This document shows, piece after piece, positions 13,800 to 57,010 of a DNA stretch of 64,000 nt (position 1 is its first letter; each line of letters begins with the position of its first letter). The translations under genes and the position numbers were made by a program. The notes beneath the pieces are model-generated. The model ran no database searches, had not been told where the DNA came from, and saw only the letters and a list, made by a program, of their open reading frames with translations. This DNA is from Callorhinchus milii (taxonomy: Eukaryota): the NCBI RefSeq assembly GCF_018977255.1, contig NW_024704743.1, forward strand, positions 24,492,001-24,556,000. Direction: 5' to 3'.

Positions 13800-15545
13800 T
13801 CTGCCGTGTGAAGACTATTGCTGACCATGAAGCCCGGTCTGTCCAATGGCTAACAGAGTGGATCTGATGACCGACGATGTAGTCAAGCCCCATCATCATG
13901 CCCCACGCCCCAACCGTCGTGGCGATGGTGTGGCCCTCACATCCCCGTACTCCACCGGCTCGTTCCCCTCTTTCGAACACCTTACCCTCTGTCATCCCCT
14001 CCACCTCTCTCTAAAAATTCTCTTACTTTACTGCCCCCCAAAATCCTCTCCCACCTTCATCTTTGACATCTCCACCCTCCTTGCTTCCCTCTGCCTCTGC
14101 TCTGACTGCCTCCTAGGTGACTTCAACCTCCACTTCACCCCCTCCTGCTCCACCTCCTCAGACTTCTCTTCTCTCCTCTCTCAACCTCTCCTTCCATATC
14201 CACCCTGCTACCCACGGTCACCCGCTTGACCTGATGATCACTCAGGGCCTCAGCATCTCAGATGTCACCATCACTGACAAGGCCATCTCTGACCATCATT
14301 TCATCTCCCTCAACTCCCATATACCTCTCCACTGCCTCCAAACCTACCACCATCTTCTACCGCCCATGGAAGAAGATCTCCCTGCAATCCCTCTCCGCTG
14401 CACTGAAGTCCTCTGATCTCCTCCCCCTCTGGCCCACCTCTCGCACCAACCCACTCGTTGCACTCATTCTTCTCCCAGCACCCTCTGCACCACACTCAAC
14501 GTCCTTGACCCCTCACCTCTCAAACTGCCGACCACACTTGGCTCAAATCCGGCCTAACGGTCCACCGTCACATCTGGCTGGACCTCATCAAAACCTACCG
14601 CTTCGCTCTCGCCTCAGCCAAACCATCCTTCTATTCCAGGTTAATCCTGGAAGCGAAAGGCAACCCCAGGCTCCTGTTCTCCACCACCAACCGACTCCTC
14701 GCCACGCCTCACAAATTCTTTCCTCTGAATCTCACTGCGAGAAAATACTGGACTTGCTGGAGTCCAAAATCGAGGGAATCCGTTCAGCTGCCACTGCCCT
14801 CCCAACTTCCGCCCAACCCTACCCCCACTCCACACAACTACCCATCTGACAACTACCCACCTCTCCTTCCACACCTTTGAACCTGTCACCCCCTCCTCTG
14901 TTTTCACCATTGTAACCTCCATGAAGCTCACCACCTGCTCCCCGGACCCCATCCCCACCCCTCTCCTTAAATCCCAGCTCCACCTCCTTGCCCCACTACT
15001 CGCCGACATCATTAACCTCTCCTTGTCATCTGGCACTGTTCCTTCCCTTGACCCATCACAGCTATCTAACTACTGGCCCATCTCAAATCTCCCCTTCCTA
15101 TCCACAGGATGCTCCCCGATTACCCCAGACTGGACTAGCTGCCTGTCCCAGAGAGGATCAACTTCAAGATCCTCACTCTTGTCTTCAAATCCCTCCACTC
15201 CTCTGCACCCCCCTACCTCTCTGACGTCTCTCCTCACAACAGTGCCCGTTGCCTTCACTCCACTGGGTCTGGCCTCCTCCTTGTCCCCCGAATCCTCCGC
15301 TCCACCCTCGGTGGCCGTGCCTTCAGCCACTACGCCCCGAGGCTCTGGAACTCTCTTCCTCACTCCCTTTGCCTCACCCCCTCTCTTCCTATTTTCAGGT
15401 CTCGGCTGAAGACCTTTCTTTTCGACCGCGCCTTTGGTCACCGTCCGTCCCCTCCCCCGGCTCAGTCCCAGGATCCGTTACTGTGAAGCGCTCTGAGACG
15501 CCATCCGGTGCGGAGGGCGCCATATAAATCCAAGTTGTTATTGTT
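13800..15545 (+). mobile_element. Degenerate L2-clade LINE: APE endonuclease remnants, RT core deleted, intact 3' tail
   Basis: Frameshifted motifs RPNRRGDGVAL, LLGDFNLH, HGHPLDL, SDHH, TTCSPDPIPT, NYWPISNLPFLS, then a jump to the 3' end. Confidence 0.85.
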
Positions 15546-15697
15546 GTTTGTTGTATTATGCAGTTTGTGTCTGACTCAACTGCAAAACAGTCTACGGGGA
15601 GTAGAGGTCATGCGATGGTTGAAATATTCGGCTGTTGATGCCCGCTGCTAAACAAATCAATGTCAAACTTTGGCCATCACGTGGAATGGCTTGAGTT

Positions 15698-15830
15698 TAA
15701 GAACATAAGAATTAGGAGCAGGAGTAGGCCATTCGGCCCCTCGAGCCTCCCCCGCCATTCGATAAGATCATGGCTGATCTTCTAACCCAACTCTAATTAC
15801 CCGCCCTATCCCCGTAGCCTTCTATTTTTA
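15698..15830 (-). mobile_element. CR1 extreme 3' tail (other short CR1 pieces near 35780, 39670, 44150 and 59190)
   Basis: AAGAACATAAGAATTAGGAGCAGGAGTAGGCCATTCGGCCCCTCGAGCC, the reverse-strand CR1 tail pattern as I recall it from shark genomes. Confidence 0.65.
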
Positions 15831-16189
15831 AAAAAAATCTATCGGTGTGAAACTGTGGGGTGGGTTTTTAGCGCGCGGAAGCATTTCTAGCTGAAACACG
15901 AATGGCTTCGTTAAATGAATCATATTATGCGTTCGACCTATTTAACGTTGTAGTTACGAGGACATGGTTTTCGGGGCAGTAGGCTGGCTCGGGGACCCCA
16001 GAGTACCAACTAAAACCGCACAGCTTGCCATTAATATGGCTGTCCGTCCAGCAAGCTCTCCTGCTGCTTGTCCAGCTGGGACCACTCTACCCAACAGGGC
16101 TTCGGCTTACAGGGTTAACAGGAGCTGATGTTGGTTGATTCCCTGCTCACAGTGACTGGTCCGCCCTTCCAAAGTCCTTTTTTCCCGCT

Positions 16190-16520
16190 TATAACAAGAA
16201 CTTGGATTTATATGGCGTCCACCACGCCGGACGGCGTCTCAGAGCGCTTCACAGTAATGGATCCCGGGGCTGAGCCGGGGAGAGGGGGCGGTGGGGGGGG
16301 GGGGGGAGGAAGGTGACCAAAGGCGCCGTCGAAAAGAAAGGTCTTCAGCAGAGACCTGAAAATGGGGAGGGAGGGAGACGAAGGGGGAGTGAGGAAGGGA
16401 GTTCCAGAGCCTCGGGGCATAGTGGCTGAAGGCACGGCCGCCGAGGGGGGAGCGGAGGACTCGGTGGGTGTGGGTGGGGGACGAGGACGAGGAGGCGGCC
16501 AGACCCGGCGGCAACGAGCG
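16190..16520 (-). mobile_element. L2 3' end, GC/CpG-rich copy at the edge of the CpG island
   Basis: GGRAFSHYAPRLWNSLP motif; inverted relative to 15250-15545. Confidence 0.85.
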
Positions 16521-16534
16521 GCCAAAGCGGCGCG

Positions 16535-16855
16535 TGGGGGTCGATTTGGCGGATCGCTTTTTCGGGGGCGGCGCGGGCGGGGGGGGGGCGCGGGGGGGGG
16601 GGGGCGATAACTCCTCCCAAAAAAAAAAGATAACCAATAAATCGGTCCCGTCAACCCGCGGGCGCCGGTCGCGGGCGCACATCGGCCGCGGGGTTTCGCC
16701 CGCGGTGGGGGGGGGACGGGGGGGGGAGACGCGCGCGGTCATAATTCCACCCGACCGCGGGCGGCGCGAAGCGCTTTTGAGACGTCGCGAAGCGCTTTTG
16801 AGACGTCGCGAAGACCTGATCAGGCGCTGCGTATCAAGTGCGAGGATTATTACGA
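16535..16855 (+). mobile_element. Same SINE (3' two-thirds), strongly GC-shifted, inside the CpG island
   Basis: Collinear landmarks GTCGATTTGGCGGATCGC, AATAAATCGGTC, GTTTCGCCC, GAAGCGCTTTTGAGACGTC (21-bp tandem duplication) and GGATTATTA. Confidence 0.75.
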
Positions 16856-17715
16856 CGATGGATGATGGATGGTGATGGGTTACAGGTGGGGGTCGTGTGA
16901 AGGGCTCTGTCCCTCCCCCTCACGGCTCCGCCATTGGCACAGACACACACACACACACGCGCAGACAGACGCCATCTTCCGCGCCGCTCACTTCCTCTCC
17001 AGACTCCGGGTGTTTGGAGGGTAAACATCCGTCGAAGTGGAGGTGGAGGTGGAAGTGGAGGGGATCAGTGACGATGTCGGTGTGATATTTTTTTTGAGGT
17101 GGAAGTAAAATAGGCGCTGCAACTCGGGGACCCTGAAACCCCCCTCTCCTCCTCCTCCTCCTCCCCCCCACCCCCTCTCTCTCTCTCTCTCTCTCTCTCG
17201 CGCTCCCCCTCTCCACCTCCCGAGGCCTCGCGCTCGGGTCAACAAGACCCGGGAGGGAGACCTCCGTCGAGGGGCCGTCCGCCATTGCCCGTCCGTCAGT
17301 CAGTCAGTCAGTGAGTGAGTGAGTGAGTGAGTGACACCCCCCCCCCCCCCCCCCAGGCCCAGGCCCGCGGGCCGCACCGGCCCCGAGCCCGTCTGTAAAG
17401 CCCGGGACTCCCCCCTCCCCCCCCCCCTCCGGCCGTTACTGACAGTTGGCGCTGCGTCACCGGGGCCTCGGTCACTGGGTGGGGGTTGGGGGAGGGGCGG
17501 TTGTGTGGTGGGGGGGGGGGTGGTTGTTGAAGGGGGGTCTCAGCCACCGGTCACTCGGCCCCACCCCGGGGAGCCTTCGGTGACCGACTGGTCGCCGGGG
17601 TCTCGGTCGTCGGTCGCTCGGCGGCTGCTCTCGGTCGCTCCGGTGGGGGGCGGGCGGGCGGGCGGGTGGTCTCGGTGATTCCGGACCCTGTCCGCCGCCG
17701 CCGCCGCCGGTCACC

Positions 17716-49078
<31,363 letters not shown>

Positions 49079-49559
49079 TGGTTACACTGAGAATGTCAAC
49101 AGCTAAACTGTATTCTTGTTGAAAGCAAATCTTTACTGATGGAATTGTCAACATCTACACATTGCACATAGGTATTACATAGGGATGCTTTTACGATTGG
49201 ATGAAGGCAATCTATTAACAGAATTTGTTTTCTTGTTGTGGCATGCTATTTTTATATTTCAATAAGATTAAAACTTCCATAACCTCCTGACCTGAATAGT
49301 TGTAGTAAATGAGATCACAGAATGCTTTTCAGCAGAATGCTGAAAAAGCCCGTGGCTGGTGTTACTAAATGTAGCTCACAAACCTGGGATTAATGCTACC
49401 CCTGTCCAGGTGTACTATAAATGTATCCGAGATATTACTTGTGTCCAAAATGTTCAGAGTTAATTTATATACCGTCATGAGTTCAAGTAATTTGAATTGT
49501 TTTGGAGCATTAAAAGCAAAGTCATTTAATTAATTATAACTTTAAACTTATATAATTAA

Positions 49560-49725
49560 CTGATACTCCAATGTAGTGAGGGGGTGCCTTGCATTGTTGC
49601 CGGTGTTGTCTTCAGCTGAGACATTACATTGAGGTCCTGTCTGTCTGTTCAGTGGACATTAAAGGCTCCATGGCACTATTCAAAAGGAAAAGTGGGTTTC
49701 TCCTGGTGTCTTGGTCAACAATGCC
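49560..49725 (+). mobile_element. Deu-type SINE central fragment (similar fragment at 40820-40990)
   Basis: GAGGTCCTGTCTGTCTGTTCAGTGGACATTAAAGG...CCTGGTGTCTTGGTCAACA. Confidence 0.6.
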
Positions 49726-49842
49726 CTGGATCATTGAATAACACAATTCTATCCTAGAGGATACCAAGCCTTCAACATGGGTGTAAGTACCGGGATTGTA
49801 TTTTGCAGTGGAAAGAAGTTGTTTCTATTAAACACACATTGT

Positions 49843-50153
49843 GGAGTCCTGTAGCTCAGTGGTTAGAGCACTCGCCTTGCAAGCCAGAGACCTGGGTTTA
49901 ATTCCCAGCAGGGTGAAACCTTGGGCAAGTTTCCTTACTCCACACGCCTGATAATAATCCCTCAAGAAAATCAAAACAATAAAATTGGTAACTTCAATCC
50001 ATGACTGTTTGTGGGACACTGCTGTGCACAATTGGCTGCCGCGTTTCGCCCACAAATATACAGTCAATTCACTTTACAGTATATTGTGTGAAGCGCTTTG
50101 AGACATCTAGAAGATGTGAAAAGTGCAATATCAAATGCAAGGATTATTATTAT
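49843..50153 (+). mobile_element. Same SINE, short subfamily (possibly within the 3' UTR)
   Basis: Complete head to tail. Confidence 0.88.
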
Positions 50154-51297
50154 ATCAAGTCCTTGCCCGAGGAGCACCTTTATCGGTTTGTTTCATAATT
50201 AAATTTGTAATTTTTTATGTGAAGATCTTCATTTGTCCATTTTATGTTGCTGAGACCAAAGTGATGAGAGAAAGGTGATCCCCTCGAAGGGTATAGACCA
50301 CTCAGGAGAAATTCCACCTTGATCTAGACTCAATCATTTACATAGCGTTTCAGAGAGTCCAGAATTTGGCATTTCTAATTTAGTCTTAATTTTGAAACCA
50401 GTTTTCCGTAAGTTCATTAAGAACTGCGGGAAACTAGCTTCAAAGTTGACTGAATTGTTGACTTCAACAATTTGTCAAATTTTTGATGCACTGAAATGTG
50501 AATGAGTAAATCTATACCAGGTGGAATTTCGCCCTAAATATCGTTGGTATTGGTATTTTCGGCCTTTTATTTTCCATTGGTAAAAAGTTATCAACTTTTT
50601 CAACAAAAAATCTTATGGTGAATGCTTCATCAAATTATTACCTTTGCATCATTACATTCTGTTGTCATTGATAGCCATGGCCATTCTTTCATATATAAAA
50701 ATAAGATGTAGCTCAGTGATTGTCAGGGATTTCTCTCCCCCATGCTAATTTGTCATTAAATGCCACTTACTGCTGCAAAATGCTAAATAATAATTCAGCT
50801 GTTCTGTGTTATTTATCATTTGGGCAGTGGAATTATGGTGAGCTTCGCCCTCTAATGTAATTAAAGTACTATATATTGTATGAGTTCTATGAATATCTGA
50901 CATTCTCACAAATGATCGGATGTACGTTATGGAATATACAAGGATCCTGGGAGCTGTATTTGCAGAGTAAAGTAATAGTAAACTGTTGGAATAGAGCATA
51001 AAATAATCACCCTATTTGTGAGAGCATTCCCTTATTTGGTAAAGGTGCAGGAATCTTGCACACAGATTTTTGTCAATGAGAATTATTATTTATTAGCCCA
51101 TTGTTTCTTGGGACATTAGCCTTTGCAAATGCAATATATAATGTTTTTAATGTCAGTCTGTTGGAATAAGAATGTACTTTGTCTTGTACAGGAAATGAAT
51201 AATTATGATTAAATGTCTTGAGGTCACTGGTTGCTGCAAGCCTGGTGTCTACATGGATAGCTGTTGTATCTCTTAATGATTCAGTCGAATGTACTTC

Positions 51298-51303
51298 AAT
51301 AAA
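51298..51303 (+). promoter_or_regulatory. Candidate distal polyadenylation signal (AATAAA); proximal ATTAAA alternatives at 49267 and 49509
   Basis: AATAAA with upstream TGTA motifs and a downstream T/GT-rich tract. Usage is unverified. Confidence 0.4.
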
Positions 51304-52654
51304 TATATTCCTTACAAGCTGATATTAACTGAGTTATCAGTTATGTGTTTTTAGAATATATTCCTTTTGAGTTTTTAAACTGAAGTTTAAATATTTCTTG
51401 TAATACTGTTTCTACATTTTAATAGTAATTTACGATTCATAATTACAGTTGATCAGGGTGAGCCAGAAAGTTGAAATTGGAGGCTGATGCAAATGTCTCA
51501 TTTTAATTGCTGATCTTAGAGAACATTCGTTTGACCGAGATTGCCTGCTGGATCAAACTTCATGCAGATGTCTCCTGTTCAGTAGGAGAAGGAAAAGATT
51601 TCCAAACTTTCTAGCTTTATCTTCCTACCCCCATCCTTCATGTGCTCCAACTCTTACCAAATTCTGCAGCCTGTATCCTCTTCTACAAAAGGCTCTGTAT
51701 GTCCATTATTTGGCTCCTCCACAGACTTTATTGGATCCCAGAACATCAACAACTGACTTTAGTTCTTCATCTTGATTTCCAAATCCCTTCACAATCTTAC
51801 ATACAAATGCAGAAATGTTCTGGATTGAAGTGGGCTGTTGAGGCCACTGTGTCTGTGCTTCATTATACACTTAAAATGTCTTAAAGCACCGTTCTTCAAA
51901 AATACAAATAAACTTGACAAGGAAAGCAGAGGCACAGACTGTCTGTTCTGTTCTCTAGACTGCAGAAGGTTGTCTTTGATGAGAAATCATCATCACTGGG
52001 GTAATCAGCACAGTAGAAATGGCTCAAAATTAAACCTGTACTGTCCAAACCAAAATTACCGCTAGGTTTTCATCTTGTCATTATTCCAGTACTAACAAGT
52101 TTTGCTTCAATGGGAGTCTATTGATTTTAATTTATCTCATGCATCTCTTAACTACCTTGCCCCTTACAGTGGATTACATATTCCTGGGCTCACTAATTCC
52201 ATTTGTAGTAATGGAGATCTCATCTGATAAACTTGAGATCATTGAAATGATGTATTGGGTTTTTTTTGCCTCAGCTTCATGAAGTAGAGTACTGAGGTTG
52301 AGCACAGTTTGCCCTGTTTCTCACTGTTACCTTCATCTTTTCATTTGTGCTTTTGCTTACCATTAGCCCCCAAACCTCCATCCCACCCCCAGCTCAGGCT
52401 CCTAGTCAGTTGTGGTATGTGCTTTCAGATTCCTCCTGATGTGAAAGGTACAGTATATTCTGTGAAGCACTTTGAGACATCTAGAAGACATGAAAAGCGC
52501 AATATCAAATGTAAGGATTATTATTATTACTATATGAATGTAGGTTGTTGAACTGATAGTGATTTCCAATTTGCCAAGGAACTGCAAGATATGCTGTACA
52601 ATTTGATTTTTTAAAAAAAAATTGAGTGGGAAATTTGTTGGGATTAGTTTTCAG

Positions 52655-53062
52655 GTTTTTACTCCTTGGAGCAGAGAGTGTTGAGGGGTGATTTAATAGA
52701 GGTATTCAAAATTTTAATAAGAGTAGATTGGGTGAAATTGTTTCCTCTGGAGGGTGGGTCGGTAACTAGAAAACACAGATATAGGATAATTGTCAAAAGA
52801 ACCAAAGGGGAGACGAGATTTTTTTTTACCCAGAGTTACGATCTGGAATGCACTGCCTGAAAGGGTGGTGGAACCAGAATCGATAATAGCTTTCAAAAGG
52901 GGAATTGGATAGATAATTAAAAAGCAAAAATTTGCAGGGCTATGGGGTAAAAGCGGGGGAGTGGAACTAGTTGGTAGCTCTTTCAAAGAGACTGCACAGG
53001 CACTAATGGCCGAATGGCCCTCCCTCTGTGCTATAAGATTCTATGATTTAATGATTCTATGA
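52655..53062 (+). mobile_element. CR1 LINE 3' end
   Basis: LEQRVLRGDLIEVFKI motif, the CR1 'WN.LP..VVE' region, and terminal (ATTCTATG)-type repeats. Confidence 0.85.
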
Positions 53063-54069
53063 AAAACAAAAAGTAGGATACAATTATTTTAATTCCCTTG
53101 ACAGCAACTTCCAATATGCCTTTTGCATTTTCACCTCCAATGTTAGTAATCTGACTCAATTTCCATCAAAACTTCATTTGACAGTATATTCATGGTTATT
53201 TGCTTTGATTAAGTGACTGCCTGTTAGGGAGAGTTCCTAATTGGGAAGGGAGGGAAGAGTTTAATACAGCTTGACTTAAACTAGAGCCAACTCTTAAACT
53301 AGAACCAACTGCAATACTCTTCAAAAAAAATCATGGTATGCGCCCAGACTAACAATGCAGCTCTTATGCCCAGCTCTGAGAAACCCATGTAGGGGAATCT
53401 TCCAAAATGTTCCTGCCCCTCTCTCCTCACAACTATACACACCATTAATTTGAAAAGTATGCTTTCAAAGGAGACATTTAAAACTTTCCAAGCCTGACTG
53501 CCCTAGAAACGTTCCACATGAAGATTACATTCAAAGTGTTTCAGGATATTGCAATTTATTGAAAATATATTGAAATAAGCTAGGGTATTTTTGACATAAT
53601 AGCGCAGCCAGGACTAATCTCTGTCCTGGTGGTCCCTTTTTTTCTTGGTTTTCATTCCTGTCTCTATCCATATGTTTTTGATTTTGCAAAAGCAACGAAA
53701 AAATGTCTGGTGCTCTATCCTCAATTCTGAATCTTCATGGGTGGATCTGAGCAGTTACACGACAGTGCGTTCTATTTTACATTCTCACCAGAGATTAGCA
53801 AACAGGATGAGAGGACAATCCTGGAGTGCTACTTCTGTGATTTTGTTTTCAGATTCACAGTTCTGTATTTGGGTTTGCTGTTTTTAAACTTTTAACAATC
53901 ATTTCAGGCTCCATCTTGCTTATGCTATAGAACCTTTTTTGTTGTGATTTATTTGCTTCCTTAACTTTCACTGGCTCATGGAATTAGACGATTTCAGGGA
54001 AAATAACAATGTTCGGGAGGCTGTATTTTCTTGCAACTCTTGCCTCCCGCCCCCCCACCCACCACTAAC

Positions 54070-54545
54070 CCTCAGGCTGCATATAAACTCACTCATGCCG
54101 TCAGCATATCCAGTCTTGACGATTTGAACATCCTGCCCACCAGACTCCCAGGCTTTTCTTTACACAAGCTGGAACTCTGCAGCCATATCCTCTCCCACAC
54201 CAGGCTCCGCCAGCCCATTTCCCCCATCCTCACTCTGCTTCACTGGCTCCCCAGACCTTAACTGATCCAATATAAGATCCTTATCCTTATTTTTAATTTC
54301 CTCCATATCCTCACCCCACAAAACTCTGTACTGTCTCGGCGATTACTTCCACTCAGCAAACACTCGCCGGCTTCATGTCCTTGGTTTCCTTCATGTCTCC
54401 TGCCTGATCCACCGTTCCAACAGGTGTCAAGCTTTCAGCTGTTCTGTCCCAGTATGGACCTTCATCCTGGAGATTCTCTGCTTTTTCCCCTCCCTCCTCA
54501 CCTTCAAAACGCACGACAATAACTATATTTTCAACTGCATTTTAG
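54070..54545 (+). mobile_element. Diverged L2 3' fragment
   Basis: LHKLELC...ISPILTLLHWLP remnant. Confidence 0.7.
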
Positions 54546-54652
54546 CCACCCCAGCTTGGGCTTCCAGTTACTCGTATGAAGTGATTTGAAGCAACCTCTT
54601 GATTATTGTGTTCCAGAAAATTTGTTTTAATAATGATAAATAAACTACTCGT

Positions 54653-54981
54653 GGAGTCCTGTAGCTCAGTGGTTAGAGCACTCGCTTTGCAAGTGAGAGA
54701 CCTGAGTTCAATTCCAGGCAGGTCAGGGCGAAACCTTGGGCAAGTTTCCTTACTCCACACAGAGCCTAATAATAATCCCTCCAAAACCAAAAACAATAAT
54801 AAATTGGTCATTTTCAATCTACGACTGTTTGTGGGACATTACTGTGCGCAATTGGCTGCCGCGTTCGCCCACAAATATACAGTCAATTCACTTTACAGTG
54901 TTCTGTGAAGCGCTTTGGGACGTCCTCCCGACGTGAAAAGCGCTATATCAAATGCAAGGATTATTATTATTATTATTATTA
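54653..54981 (+). mobile_element. tRNA(Ala)-derived SINE, young short subfamily, full length
   Basis: A-box TAGCTCAGTGG, anticodon arm with TGC, B-box GTTCAATTCC, CORE-like CCTTGGGCAAGT, L2-like tail ending in (ATT)n. Confidence 0.9.
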
Positions 54982-55755
54982 CTGATTGCTTTTGGCAAGG
55001 GAAATCGATTCCGATGGAATTAATAATTCGTATTTAGTGATGTTTGAGAGCTTCCAAGTCAGTTTCTTGCATGGAACACAGATGTTGGTGAGGAGTTACA
55101 TCTGTTATCCTTAAACATGTATGGAAGTTTAGAAACTCTTTCATCACTATCTTAATACAACTTTTCTAAATTATCTGATCTTTATCTTGGCAAAGTCTGT
55201 GATTCCATTTTGTGGGGTGATTTATCATTTAAAAGAAAATGTGCAGTTTTTCTCTAGGTCTGGTTTATATTGCCTCCTTATTCAAATTCACCCCAATATT
55301 TATATTATTTGCCTATTCTTGTTTGTAGGACTTCACTGGTGCAAATTTTGCTTTGGAATTTGGCTACATTATCACATTCACTTAAAGCGTGGAAATTTCC
55401 CTGTGCATGGAATGCTCACTCTTTTGACGGAGGGATGTACCCTGCTTACCTAATTCTGCAGCGAGTTAAATACAACATCAACTTGGATTTATGTAGCGAT
55501 ACAGGTTGGCAAGGCTTGAGGATCCCAGAGTGTGTGCTGGAGAGTTTGACCATCTAAAACCACACAGCTAGCTTTAGAGAGCACTGTCTGTCAAACTTGC
55601 TGTGGTTTGCCCAGCTAGGACCACCATTAGGGCTTTGGTTTGTAGTGTTAACAGGAGCCAAGTGGGAGGAATCCCTGCCCTTATTGACCAGTCTGCCCTT
55701 CCGAGTCCTGAAGATGAGCCTGGTTGGCTGGTCTGTCATCAGCAGTGGCATCGAG

Positions 55756-56800
55756 CAAGGTGGTCCAACCTTTTGGCTGCCGCGGGCCGGATTCCCTATT
55801 AGAGAAAGGTCTGCTGGCTGGGTCAGCGTGGGTCAGCTGGCGGCCCACGGGCCGCATCCGGCCCAGGACCATTTTCATCATTCCAACTTGCGCTCCCTCC
55901 TTACCCGATTGACATTCTCCCAGGGCAGAGGCAGCAGCCAGCAGTTGGGAGGCAGGGCAGAGAGTGGAAATAATACCAGCCATTACCGCAGTCTGTCAGG
56001 AAGGCAAGCGCATCTCCTTATCCACCGCGTCCTTAGCAACAGCGGTGCAGGCAGTGAACCGTGCGACTGATTGGGAGTGAGGAATCGAGGGGGAGTGAGA
56101 GGAGAGTGGGGGAGGGAGGATGAACAGAGAAGGGGGAAGGGGAGAGAGTATGTGTGAGAAAGGTAAGAAAGGTGGAGTGAGTGAGAGAGAGAGTGATTGA
56201 GAGAGGAAGAGAGCAGGGAGAGAGTGAGCGAGAGAGTGAGGGGCGAGAGAGTGAATGCGCAGGAGAGGGGACAGCAAGAAAAACAGAGTGGGGGGAAGAT
56301 TGAGAGAGAGTGTGTGTGTGGGAGAGAAGGGGAATGAGAAAAAGTAATTGAGAGAGGGAGCGAGTGTGTGAGAGAGGAGGAGAGGGGGAGAGAATGATTG
56401 AGGTGGAGTATGAGAGGGAAGAGAGGGGTGTGAGAAGAGGAATAAGACTGAGTAATTGAGAGTGTGTGAGAAACTCTTCTCTGTCCCCCCCACTCCTGCC
56501 CCCTTCCCGCCTCTCCAATCCCTCTCTCTCCCAATCAGAGGCGCAGGTCACTATCTGCAGTTGTTCAGGAAGCGGTTGGTACGATACACGCTTGCCTTCC
56601 TGGCACACTGCAATAACGGCCGATATTATGTTCACTTTCCGCGATGAGTCCTCCCAATCGCCGGCTCCAGCCGCTGCCATAGCAGGAAGATTAGCAGAGA
56701 GCGAGGGAGTGGAAGTTGGAATGTTGGAAATGGTCTCTGGGAGGATACAGTCAACCGCTGCGCTGGATATGACCCACCGGTCACCAGTTGGATCACGCTG
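55756..56800. mobile_element. Probable non-autonomous hAT (Charlie-like) DNA transposon / MITE with GA-rich core
   Basis: Imperfect TIRs CAAGGTGGTCCAAC / rc CAGCGTGATCCAAC; 33-bp subterminal inverted repeat at 55867-55899 vs 56703-56735; flanking 8-mers GCATCGAG / TCTTAGAG. Confidence 0.65.
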
Positions 56801-57010
56801 TCTTAGAGTATTGTGACGTGCAGAGCTCAGGAATCAGACTACCGAGACTCACAGAGGACTGACTCGATTCCGATATTCCATTGCCAAGCACATCACATTG
56901 GAGTCAGCTCAGCTTCAAGGAGATCCTGCTCGAAGCCCTCTGCCGGAGGATAGGCACAAGTCCCCACTATCGGTGGAATTTCCTTTTAAATCTGATGCTT
57001 CGGTGGTTGG

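Noticed and set aside
54653..54725. tRNA-Ala-like sequences (many copies)
   Set aside because: These are SINE heads: no proper acceptor stem, and always followed by the SINE body and tail.
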